Part shown: in pieces, positions 1 through 11,100 of the stretch
Layout of the letters: each line of letters starts with the position of its first letter
Position numbering within the stretch: the stretch's first letter is position 1
Assembly (NCBI RefSeq): GCF_009914755.1
Contig: NC_060930.1
Length of the DNA stretch: 64,000 nt
Source: the human T2T-CHM13v2.0 reference genome, Homo sapiens
Direction: 5' to 3' (one strand)
Translations under genes and position numbers: made by a program
The notes under the pieces: generated by a model
The model's input: the letters and a program-made list of their open reading frames with translations, nothing else
Told to the model about the DNA's origin: nothing
Database searches by the model: none

Positions 1-12
1 CCTATTGGAGGC

Positions 13-29
13 CTTCTTTGGAAATGGGA
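13..29 (+). promoter_or_regulatory. Degenerate CENP-B box, predicted non-binding (recurs in each HOR)
   Basis: CTTCTTTGGAAATGGGA; both core CpGs lost. Confidence 0.85.
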
Positions 30-522
30 TTTCTTCATGTAACTCTAGATTGAAGAATTCTCAGAAACTCCTTTGTGATGTGTGCATTCAATTCAAAGAG
101 TGAAACCTCTCTTTTCACAGAGCAGTTTTGAAACACTGTTTTTGTAGGATTTCCAAGGGGATATTTATAGCGCATTGAGCCTACGGCGGAAAAAGAAACA
201 TCTTCCTATAAAAACTAGACAGAATACTTCTCAGAATCTGCTTTGCGATGTGTGCGTTCAACTCACAGAGTAAAACTTTTCTTTTGATAGAGCAGTTTTG
301 AAACACTCTTTTTGTAGTATTTGCATGTGTATATTTAGAGCGCATTGAAGCCCACAGTAGAAAAGGAAATAACTTCACCTAAAACCTAGACAGAAGCAAT
401 CACAGAAACTACTTTGTGATGTGTACATTCAACTCACAGAGTGGAACTTTCCTCTTTATAGAGCAGTGTTGAAACACTCTTTTTGTAGAAACTGCAAGTG
501 GATATTTGGACCTCTTTGAGGC

Positions 523-539
523 CTTCGTTGGAAACGGGA
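523..539 (+). promoter_or_regulatory. CENP-B box, canonical (recurs at this offset in each HOR)
   Basis: CTTCGTTGGAAACGGGA, fits nTTCGnnnnAnnCGGGn. Confidence 0.97.
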
Positions 540-862
540 TTTCTTCCTATAACCCTAGACAGAAGAATTTTCAGAAACCTCATTGTGATGTGTGCGTTCA
601 TCTCACAGAGTGGAGTCTTCCGTTTGATAGAGAAGTTTTGAAACCCTGTTCTTGTAGGATTTCCAAGTGGATATTTAGACCACTTTGAAGCCTATGATAG
701 AAAAGGAAACATCTTCATGGAAAACATAGATAGAATCATCCTCAGAAACAACTTTGTGATGTGTGCGTTGAACTCACCGTCTTTAACCTTTCTTTTGGTA
801 GAGAAGTTTTGAAACACTCTCTTTGTAAAGTCTACAAGTGGATATTTTGAGCCCTTGGAGGC

Positions 863-879
863 ATTCTTTGGAAAAGGGA
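863..879 (+). promoter_or_regulatory. Degenerate CENP-B box, predicted non-binding (recurs in each HOR)
   Basis: ATTCTTTGGAAAAGGGA; both core CpGs lost. Confidence 0.82.
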
Positions 880-1033
880 ATGTCTTCACATAAAAGGCAG
901 ACGGAAGTGTTCTCAGAAACTGCTTTGTGATGTCTGTGTTCAACTCACAGAGTTTAACATTTCCTTTGATAGAGCGGTTTAGTAACCCTCTCTTTGTAGA
1001 ATTTGGAAGTGTATACTAAGAGCGCTTTGAGGC

Positions 1034-1050
1034 CTATGGTAGAAAAGGAA
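1034..1050 (+). promoter_or_regulatory. A-type monomer box (pJalpha-like), representative copy
   Basis: CTATGGTAGAAAAGGAA at the position equivalent to the CENP-B box, in the alternate monomers. Confidence 0.7.
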
Positions 1051-1204
1051 ATATCTTTCCATAAAAGCTAGACAGAAGCAATCTCAGAAACTCCTCTGTG
1101 ATGTCTGCATTCAACTCACCGAGTGGAACATTCCTCTTGAGAGAGCAGTTTGGAAACACTCTTTCTGTAGAATCAGCTTGTTTGTATTTGGACCTCCTTG
1201 AGGC

Positions 1205-1221
1205 CTTCGTTGGAAACGGGT
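1205..1221 (+). promoter_or_regulatory. CENP-B box, core intact (recurs in each HOR)
   Basis: CTTCGTTGGAAACGGGT; only non-core position 17 differs. Confidence 0.93.
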
Positions 1222-1544
1222 TTTCATCTTATAAACCCAGACAGAAGAATTCTCAGAGTCTTCTTTGTGATGTGTGCTTTCAACTCACCGAGATAAAGAT
1301 TTCTCTTGATAGAGCAATTTGGAAACACTCTTTTTGTAGAATTTGCAAGGGTACATTGAGAGCGCTTTCAGGCCTATGGTAGAAAAGGGAATATCTTTCC
1401 ATAAAAGGTAGACAGAAGCAATCTCAGAAACTACTTTGTGATGTGTGCATTCAACTCACCGAGTGCAACGTTCCTCTTGACCGAGCAGTTTGGAAACATT
1501 GTTTCTGTAGAATCTGCAAGTGGATATTTGGACCTCTTTGAGGC

Positions 1545-1561
1545 CTTCGTTGGAAACGGGA
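1545..1561 (+). promoter_or_regulatory. CENP-B box, canonical (recurs in each HOR)
   Basis: CTTCGTTGGAAACGGGA. Confidence 0.97.
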
Positions 1562-1884
1562 TTTCTTCCTATAAACCCAGACAGAAGAATTCTCAGAGAC
1601 TTCTTTGTGATGTGTGAATTCAACTCACAGTGTGGATCCTTCCTTTTGATAGAGCAGTTTTGAAACCCTGTTTTTGTAGTATTTCCAAGCGGATATTTGG
1701 AACGCCTTGAAGCGTATGGTAGAAAAGGAAATATCTTCCCATAAAACCTAGACAGAACCAATCTCAGAAACGACTTTGTGATGTCTGCATTCAAGTCACA
1801 GAGTTGAACATTTCTCTTGATAGAGCAGTTTTGAAACCCTCTTTCTGAAGGATCTGCAAGTGGATATTTGGAACTCCTTTGGGT

Positions 1885-1901
1885 CTTCGTTGGAAACGGG
1901 A
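1885..1901 (+). promoter_or_regulatory. CENP-B box, canonical, just upstream of the 15-mer junction (recurs in each HOR)
   Basis: CTTCGTTGGAAACGGGA. Confidence 0.97.
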
Positions 1902-2224
1902 TTTCTTCGTATAAATCTAGACAGAAGAATTCTCAGAAACTTCCTTGTGATGTGTGCATTCAACTCAGCGAGTGGCACCTTCCTTTGGATACAGCAGTTT
2001 TGAAACACTGTTTTTGTAGTATTTCCAAGCGGATATTTAGAGCGCCTTGAAGCCTATGCTAGAAATGGAAATATCTCCCCATAAAACCAAGACGGAAGCA
2101 ATCTCAGAAACTAATGTGTGATGGCTGCATTCCACACACACGGTGGACCATTTCTCTTGATAGAGCAGTTTTGAAACACTCTTTCTGTAGAATCTGCAAG
2201 TGGATAATTGGACCTCCTAGAGGC

Positions 2225-2241
2225 CTTCGTTGGAAACGGGA
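2225..2241 (+). promoter_or_regulatory. CENP-B box, canonical (equivalent 5282-5298 in 18-mer U2)
   Basis: CTTCGTTGGAAACGGGA. Confidence 0.97.
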
Positions 2242-4772
2242 TTTCTTCATCTAAACCTACAGAGAAGTATTCTCAGTAACTTCTTCGGATGTGTGCATTC
2301 GACGCACAGAATGGAACATTCCCTTTGATAGAGCAGTTTTGAGACACCGTTTTTGTAGAATTCCCAAGTGGATATTTAGAGCACTTTGAAGTCTCTGCTA
2401 GAAAAGGAAACATCTTCATGTAAAAAGTAGATAGAATCGTTCTCAGAAAGTGCTTAGTGTCGTGTGCGTTCAACTCACAGAGTTTAACGTTTCTTTTGAT
2501 AGAGCGTTTCTGAAACACCCTTCTTGTAGTAGCTGCAAGTGGATATTTGGACCTATTGGAGGCCTTCTTTGGAAATGGGATTTCTTCATGTAACTCTAGA
2601 TTGAAGAATTCTCAGAAACTCCTTTGTGATGTGTGCATTCAATTCAAAGAGTGAAACCTCTCTTTTCACAGAGCAGTTTTGAAACACTGTTTTTGTAGGA
2701 TTTCCAAGGGGATATTTATAGCGCATTGAGCCTACGGCGGAAAAAGAAACATCTTCCTATAAAAACTAGACAGAATACTTCTCAGAATCTGCTTTGCGAT
2801 GTGTGCGTTCAACTCACAGAGTAAAACTTTTCTTTTGATAGAGCAGTTTTGAAACACTCTTTTTGTAGTATTTGCATGTGTATATTTAGAGCGCATTGAA
2901 GCCCACAGTAGAAAAGGAAATAACTTCACCTAAAACCTAGACAGAAGCAATCTCAGAAACTACTTTGTGATGTGTACATTCAACTCACAGAGTGGAACTT
3001 TCCTCTTTATAGAGCAGTGTTGAAACACTCTTTTTGTAGAAACTGCAAGTGGATATTTGGACCTCTTTGAGGCCTTCGTTGGAAACGGGATTTCTTCCTA
3101 TAACCCTAGACAGAAGAATTTTCAGAAACCTCATTGTGATGTGTGCGTTCATCTCACAGAGTGGAGTCTTCCGTTTGATAGAGAAGTTTTGAAACCCTGT
3201 TCTTGTAGGATTTCCAAGTGGATATTTAGACCACTTTGAAGCCTATGATAGAAAAGGAAACATCTTCATGGAAAACATAGATAGAATCATCCTCAGAAAC
3301 AACTTTGTGATGTGTGCGTTGAACTCACCGTCTTTAACCTTTCTTTTGGTAGAGAAGTTTTGAAACACTCTCTTTGTAAAGTCTACAAGTGGATATTTTG
3401 AGCCCTTGGAGGCATTCTTTGGAAAAGGGAATGTCTTCACATAAAAGGCAGACGGAAGTGTTCTCAGAAACTGCTTTGTGATGTCTGTGTTCAACTCACA
3501 GAGTTTAACATTTCCTTTGATAGAGCGGTTTAGTAACCCTCTCTTTGTAGAATTTGGAAGTGTATACTAAGAGCGCTTTGAGGCCTATGGTAGAAAAGGA
3601 AATATCTTTCCATAAAAGCTAGACAGAAGCAATCTCAGAAACTCCTCTGTGATGTCTGCATTCAACTCACCGAGTGGAACATTCCTCTTGAGAGAGCAGT
3701 TTGGAAACACTCTTTCTGTAGAATCAGCTTGTTTGTATTTGGACCTCCTTGAGGCCTTCGTTGGAAACGGGTTTTCATCTTATAAACCCAGACAGAAGAA
3801 TTCTCAGAGTCTTCTTTGTGATGTGTGCTTTCAACTCACCGAGATAAAGATTTCTCTTGATAGAGCAATTTGGAAACACTCTTTTTGTAGAATTTGCAAG
3901 GGTACATTGAGAGCGCTTTCAGGCCTATGGTAGAAAAGGGAATATCTTTCCATAAAAGGTAGACAGAAGCAATCTCAGAAACTACTTTGTGATGTGTGCA
4001 TTCAACTCACCGAGTGCAACGTTCCTCTTGACCGAGCAGTTTGGAAACATTGTTTCTGTAGAATCTGCAAGTGGATATTTGGACCTCTTTGAGGCCTTCG
4101 TTGGAAACGGGATTTCTTCCTATAAACCCAGACAGAAGAATTCTCAGAGACTTCTTTGTGATGTGTGAATTCAACTCACAGTGTGGATCCTTCCTTTTGA
4201 TAGAGCAGTTTTGAAACCCTGTTTTTGTAGTATTTCCAAGCGGATATTTGGAACGCCTTGAAGCGTATGGTAGAAAAGGAAATATCTTCCCATAAAACCT
4301 AGACAGAACCAATCTCAGAAACGACTTTGTGATGTCTGCATTCAAGTCACAGAGTTGAACATTTCTCTTGATAGAGCAGTTTTGAAACCCTCTTTCTGAA
4401 GGATCTGCAAGTGGATATTTGGAACTCCTTTGGGTCTTCGTTGGAAACGGGATTTCTTCGTATAAATCTAGACAGAAGAATTCTCCGAAACTTCTTTGGT
4501 TGTGTGCATTCAAGTCACAGAGTGGAACCTTCCTTTGGATAGAGCAGTTTGAAACGCCGTGGTTGTAGTATTTCCAAGCGGATATTAGAGCGCCTTGAGG
4601 CCTATGGTAGAAAAGGAAATATCTTCCCATAAAACCTAGACGGAAGCAATCTCAGAAACTACTGTGTGATGGCTGCATTCCACACACACGGTGGAACATT
4701 TCTCTTGATAGAGCAGTTTTGAAACACTCTTTCTGTAGAATCTGCAAGTGGATAATTGGACCGCCTTGAGGC

Positions 4773-4789
4773 CTTCGTTGGAAACGGGA
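4773..4789 (+). promoter_or_regulatory. CENP-B box specific to the 18-mer (first of an adjacent pair)
   Basis: CTTCGTTGGAAACGGGA inside the 506 bp segment. Confidence 0.96.
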
Positions 4790-4941
4790 TTTCTTCATGT
4801 TACTCTAGATAGAAGAATTCTCAAACACTGCTATGTGATGTTTGCATTCAAGTCACAGAGTGCAACATTCCTCTTGGTAGAGCAGTTGGGAAACACTCCT
4901 TTTGTAGAATCTGCAATGGGATATTTGGACTTCTTTGAGGC

Positions 4942-4958
4942 CTTCGTTGGAAACGGGA
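4942..4958 (+). promoter_or_regulatory. CENP-B box specific to the 18-mer (second of an adjacent pair)
   Basis: CTTCGTTGGAAACGGGA, 169 bp after the previous box. Confidence 0.96.
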
Positions 4959-5608
4959 TTTCTTCGTATGAATCTAGACAGAAGAATTCTCAGAAACTTC
5001 CTTGTGATGTGTGCATTCAACTCAGCGAGTGGCACCTTCCTTTGGATACAGCAGTTTTGAAACACTGTTTTTGTAGTATTTCCAAGCGGATATTTAGAGC
5101 GCCTTGAAGCCTATGCTAGAAATGGAAATATCTCCCCATAAAACCAAGACAGAAGCAATCTCAGAAACTAATGTGTGATGGCTGCATTCCACACACACGG
5201 TGGACCATTTCTCTTGATAGAGCAGTTTTGAAACACTCTTTCTGTAGAATCTGCAAGTGGATAATTGGACCTCCTAGAGGCCTTCGTTGGAAACGGGATT
5301 TCTTCATCTAAACCTACAGAGAAGAATTCTCAGTAACTTCTTCGGATGTGTGCATTCGACGCACAGAATGGAACATTCCCTTTGATAGAGCAGTTTTGAG
5401 ACACCGTTTTTGTAGAATTCCCAAGTGGATATTTAGAGCACTTTGAAGTCTCTGCTAGAAAAGGAAACATCTTCATGTAAAAAGTAGATAGAATCGTTCT
5501 CAGAAAGTGCTTAGTGACGTGTGCGTTCAACTCACAGAGTTTAACGTTTCTTTTGATAGAGCGTTTCTGAAACACCCTTCTTGTAGTAGCTGCAAGTGGA
5601 TATTTGGA

Positions 5609-8159
5609 CCTATTGGAGGCCTTCTTTGGAAATGGGATTTCTTCATGTAACTCTAGATTGAAGAGTTCTCAGAAACTCCTTTGTGATGTGTGCATTCAAT
5701 TCAAAGAGTGAAACCTCCCTTTTCACAGAGCAGTTTTGAAACACTGTTTTTGTAGGATTTCCAAGGGGATATTTATAGCGCATTGAGCCTACGGCGGAAA
5801 AAGAAACATCTTCCTATAAAAACTAGACAGAATACTTCTCAGAATCTGCTTTGCGATGTGTGCGTTCAACTCACAGAGTAAAACTTTTCTTTTGATAGAG
5901 CAGTTTTGAAACACTCTTTTTGTAGTATTTGCATGTGTATATTTAGAGCGCATTGAAGCCCACAGTAGAAAAGGAAGTAACTTCACCTAAAACCTAGACA
6001 GAAGCAATCACAGAAACTACTTTGTGATGTGTACATTCAACTCACAGAGTGGAACTTTCCTCTTTATAGAGCAGTGTTGAAACACTCTTTTTGTAGAAAC
6101 TGCAAGTGGATATTTGGACCTCTTTGAGGCCTTCGTTGGAAACGGGATTTCTTCCTATAACCCTAGACAGAAGAATTTTCAGAAACCTCATTGTGATGTG
6201 TGCGTTCATCTCACAGAGTGGAGTCTTCCGTTTGATAGAGAAGTTTTGAAACCCTGTTCTTGTAGGATTTCCAAGTGGATATTTAGACCACTTTGAAGCC
6301 TATGATAGAAAAGGAAACATCTTCATGGAAAACATAGATAGAATCATCCTCAGAAACAACTTTGTGATGTGTGCGTTGAACTCACCGTCTTTAACCTTTC
6401 TTTTGGTAGAGAAGTTTTGAAACACTCTCTTTGTAAAGTCTACAAGTGGATATTTTGAGCCCTTGGAGGCATTCTTTGGAAAAGGGAATGTCTTCACATA
6501 AAAGGCAGACGGAAGTGTTCTCAGAAACTGCTTTGTGATGTCTGTGTTCAACTCACAGAGTTTAACATTTCCTTTGATAGAGCGGTTTAGTAACCCTCTC
6601 TTTGTAGAATTTGGAAGTGTATACTAAGAGCGCTTTGAGGCCTATGGTAGAAAAGGAAATATCTTTCCATAAAAGCTAGACAGAAGCAATCTCAGAAACT
6701 CCTCTGTGATGTCTGCATTCAACTCACCGAGTGGAACATTCCTCTTGAGAGAGCAGTTTGGAAACACTCTTTCTGTAGAATCAGCTTGTTTGTATTTGGA
6801 CCTCCTTGAGGCCTTCGTTGGAAACGGGTTTTCATCTTATAAACCCAGACAGAAGAATTCTCAGAGTCTTCTTTGTGATGTGTGCTTTCAACTCACCGAG
6901 ATAAAGATTTCTCTTGATAGAGCAATTTGGAAACACTCTTTTTGTAGAATTTGCAAGGGTACATTGAGAGCGCTTTCAGGCCTATGGTAGAAAAGGGAAT
7001 ATCTTTCCATAAAAGGTAGACAGAAGCAATCTCAGAAACTACTTTGTGATGTGTGCATTCAACTCACCGAGTGCAACGTTCCTCTTGACCGAGCAGTTTG
7101 GAAACATTGTTTCTGTAGAATCTGCAAGTGGATATTTGGACCTCTTTGAGGCCTTCGTTGGAAACGGGATTTCTTCCTATAAACCCAGACAGAAGAATTC
7201 TCAGAGACTTCTTTGTGATGTGTGAATTCAACTCACAGTGTGGATCCTTCCTTTTGATAGAGCAGTTTTGAAACCCTGTTTTTGTAGTATTTCCAAGCGG
7301 ATATTTGGAACGCCTTGAAGCGTATGGTAGAAAAGGAAATATCTTCCCATAAAACCTAGACAGAACCAATCTCAGAAACGACTTTGTGATGTCTGCATTC
7401 AAGTCACAGAGTTGAACATTTCTCTTGATAGAGCAGTTTTGAAACCCTCTTTCTGAAGGATCTGCAAGTGGATATTTGGAACTCCTTTGGGTCTTCGTTG
7501 GAAACGGGATTTCTTCGTATAAATCTAGACAGAAGAATTCTCAGAAACTTCCTTGTGATGTGTGCATTCAACTCAGCGAGTGGCACCTTCCTTTGGATAC
7601 AGCAGTTTTGAAACACTGTTTTTGTAGTATTTCCAAGCGGATATTTAGAGCGCCTTGAAGCCTATGCTAGAAATGGAAATATCTCCCCATAAAACCAAGA
7701 CGGAAGCAATCTCAGAAACTAATGTGTGATGGCTGCATTCCACACACACGGTGGACCATTTCTCTTGATAGAGCAGTTTTGAAACACTCTTTCTGTAGAA
7801 TCTGCAAGTGGATAATTGGACCTCCTAGAGGCCTTCGTTGGAAACGGGATTTCTTCATCTAAACCTACAGAGAAGTATTCTCAGTAACTTCTTCGGATGT
7901 GTGCATTCGACGCACAGAATGGAACATTCCCTTTGATAGAGCAGTTTTGAGACACCGTTTTTGTAGAATTCCCAAGTGGATATTTAGAGCACTTTGAAGT
8001 CTCTGCTAGAAAAGGAAACATCTTCATGTAAAAAGTAGATAGAATCGTTCTCAGAAAGTGCTTAGTGTCGTGTGCGTTCAACTCACAGAGTTTAACGTTT
8101 CTTTTGATAGAGCGTTTCTGAAACACCCTTCTTGTAGTAGCTGCAAGTGGATATTTGGA
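5609..8159 (+). repeat. HOR unit U3, 15-mer
   Basis: Marker ORF 5789 -> 8340. Confidence 0.95.
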
Positions 8160-11100
8160 CCTATTGGAGGCCTTCTTTGGAAATGGGATTTCTTCATGTA
8201 ACTCTAGATTGAAGAATTCTCAGAAACTCCTTTGTGATGTGTGCATTCCATTCAAAGAGTGAAACCTCTCTTTTCACAGAGCAGTTTTGAAACACTGTTT
8301 TTGTAGGATTTCCAAGGGGATATTTATAGCGCATTGAGCCTACGGCGGAAAAAGAAACATCTTCCTATAAAAACTAGACAGAATACTTCTCAGAATCTGC
8401 TTTGCGATGTGTGCGTTCAACTCACAGAGTAAAACTTTTCTTTTGATAGAGCAGTTTTGAAACACTCTTTTTGTAGTATTTGCATGTGTATATTTAGAGC
8501 GCATTGAAGCCCACAGTAGAAAAGGAAATAACTTCACCTAAAACCTAGACAGAAGCAATCTCAGAAACTACTTTGTGATGTGTACATTCAACTCACAGAG
8601 TGGAACTTTCCTCTTTATAGAGCAGTGTTGAAACACTCTTTTTGTAGAAACTGCAAGTGGATATTTGGACCTCTTTGAGGCCTTCGTTGGAAACGGGATT
8701 TCTTCCTATAACCCTAGACAGAAGAATTTTCAGAAACCTCATTGTGATGTGTGCGTTCATCTCACAGAGTGGAGTCTTCCGTTTGATAGAGAAGTTTTGA
8801 AACCCTGTTCTTGTAGGATTTCCAAGTGGATATTTAGACCACTTTGAAGCCTATGATAGAAAAGGAAACATCTTCATGGAAAACATAGATAGAATCATCC
8901 TCAGAAACAACTTTGTGATGTGTGCGTTGAACTCACCGTCTTTAACCTTTCTTTTGGTAGAGAAGTTTTGAAACACTCTCTTTGTAAAGTCTACAAGTGG
9001 ATATTTTGAGCCCTTGGAGGCATTCTTTGGAAAAGGGAATGTCTTCACATAAAAGGCAGACGGAAGTGTTCTCAGAAACTGCTTTGTGATGTCTGTGTTC
9101 AACTCACAGAGTTTAACATTTCCTTTGATAGAGCGGTTTAGTAACCCTCTCTTTGTAGAATTTGGAAGTGTATACTAAGAGCGCTTTGAGGCCTATGGTA
9201 GAAAAGGAAATATCTTTCCTTAAAAGCTAGACAGAAGCAATCTCAGAAACTCCTCTGTGATGTCTGCATTCAACTCACCGAGTGGAACATTCCTCTTGAT
9301 AGAGCAGTTTGGAAACACTCTTTCTGTAGAATCAGCTTGTTTGTATTTGGACCTCCTTGAGGCCTTCGTTGGAAACGGGTTTTCATCTTATAAACCCAGA
9401 CAGAAGAATTCTCAGAGTCTTCTTTGTGATGTGTGCTTTCAACTCACCGAGATAAAGATTTCTCTTGATAGAGCAATTTGGAAACACTCTTTTTGTAGAA
9501 TTTGCAAGGGTACATTGAGAGCGCTTTCAGGCCTATGGTAGAAAAGGGAATATCTTTCCATAAAAGGTAGACAGAAGCAATCTCAGAAACTACTTTGTGA
9601 TGTGTGCATTCAACTCACCGAGTGCAACGTTCCTCTTGACCGAGCAGTTTGGAAACATTGTTTCTGTAGAATCTGCAAGTGGATATTTGGACCTCTTTGA
9701 GGCCTTCGTTGGAAACGGGATTTCTTCCTATAAACCCAGACAGAAGAATTCTCAGAGACTTCTTTGTGATGTGTGAATTCAACTCACAGTGTGGATCCTT
9801 CCTTTTGATAGAGCAGTTTTGAAACCCTGTTTTTGTAGTATTTCCAAGCGGATATTTGGAACGCCTTGAAGCGTATGGTAGAAAAGGAAATATCTTCCCA
9901 TAAAACCTAGACAGAACCAATCTCAGAAACGACTTTGTGATGTCTGCATTCAACTCACAGAGTTGAACATTTCTCTTGATAGAGCAGTTTTGAAACCCTC
10001 TTTCTGAAGGATCTGCAAGTGGATATTTGGAACTCCTTTGGGTCTTCGTTGGAAACGGGATTTCTTCGTATAAATCTAGACAGAAGAATTCTCCGAAACT
10101 TCTTTGGTTGTGTGCATTCAAGTCACAGAGTGGAACCTTCCTTTGGATAGAGCAGTTTGAAACGCCGTGGTTGTAGTATTTCCAAGCGGATATTAGAGCG
10201 CCTTGAGGCCTATGGTAGAAAAGGAAATATCTTCCCATAAAACCTAGACGGAAGCAATCTCAGAAACTACTGTGTGATGGCTGCATTCCACACACACGGT
10301 GGAACATTTCTCTTGATAGAGCAGTTTTGAAACACTCTTTCTGTAGAATCTGCAAGTGGATAATTGGACCGCCTTGAGGCCTTCGTTGGAAACGGGATTT
10401 CTTCATGTTACTCTAGATAGAAGAATTCTCAAACACTGCTATGTGATGTTTGCATTCAAGTCACAGAGTGCAACATTCCTCTTGGTAGAGCAGTTGGGAA
10501 ACACTCCTTTTGTAGAATCTGCAATGGGATATTTGGACTTCTTTGAGGCCTTCGTTGGAAACGGGATTTCTTCGTATGAATCTAGACAGAAGAATTCTCA
10601 GAAACTTCCTTGTGATGTGTGCATTCAACTCAGCGAGTGGCACCTTCCTTTGGATACAGCAGTTTTGAAACACTGTTTTTGTAGTATTTCCAAGCGGATA
10701 TTTAGAGCGCCTTGAAGCCTATGCTAGAAATGGAAATATCTCCCCATAAAACCAAGACAGAAGCAATCTCAGAAACTAATGTGTGATGGCTGCATTCCAC
10801 ACACACGGTGGACCATTTCTCTTGATAGAGCAGTTTTGAAACACTCTTTCTGTAGAATCTGCAAGTGGATAATTGGACCTCCTAGAGGCCTTCGTTGGAA
10901 ACGGGATTTCTTCATCTAAACCTACAGAGAAGAATTCTCAGTAACTTCTTCGGATGTGTGCATTCGACGCACAGAATGGAACATTCCCTTTGATAGAGCA
11001 GTTTTGAGACACCGTTTTTGTAGAATTCCCAAGTGGATATTTAGAGCACTTTGAAGTCTCTGCTAGAAAAGGAAACATCTTCATGTAAAAAGTAGATAGA

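Larger units (their letters stand above)
1..2551 (+). repeat. HOR unit U1, 15-mer (2551 bp; phase arbitrary)
   Basis: Marker ORF 181 -> 2732; lacks the 506 bp segment. Confidence 0.95.
4486..4991 (+). repeat. 506 bp three-monomer segment present in 18-mers and absent from 15-mers (U2 copy shown)
   Basis: Direct comparison of U1 with U2; 3057-2551=506; flanked by the 21 bp direct repeat AATCTAGACAGAAGAATTCTC (4465-4485 and 4971-4991). Confidence 0.93.
2552..5608 (+). repeat. HOR unit U2, 18-mer (3057 bp)
   Basis: Marker ORF 2732 -> 5789; contains the 506 bp segment. Confidence 0.95.

Noticed and set aside
2133-2141. Short (CA)n run within CCACACACACGG
   Set aside because: Only about four units and invariant in length in all copies; a fixed monomer feature, not a microsatellite.
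523-2241. Regularly spaced 17 bp repeats resembling a CRISPR array
   Set aside because: They are CENP-B boxes. The intervening DNA is itself repeated alphoid sequence, not unique spacers, and there are no cas genes.
4007-4630. 207 aa minus-strand ORF specific to 18-mers
   Set aside because: Chance stop-free run across about 3.7 monomers, with internal peptide repeats mirroring the monomer period. It is broken by one SNV in U7 and has no coding support.
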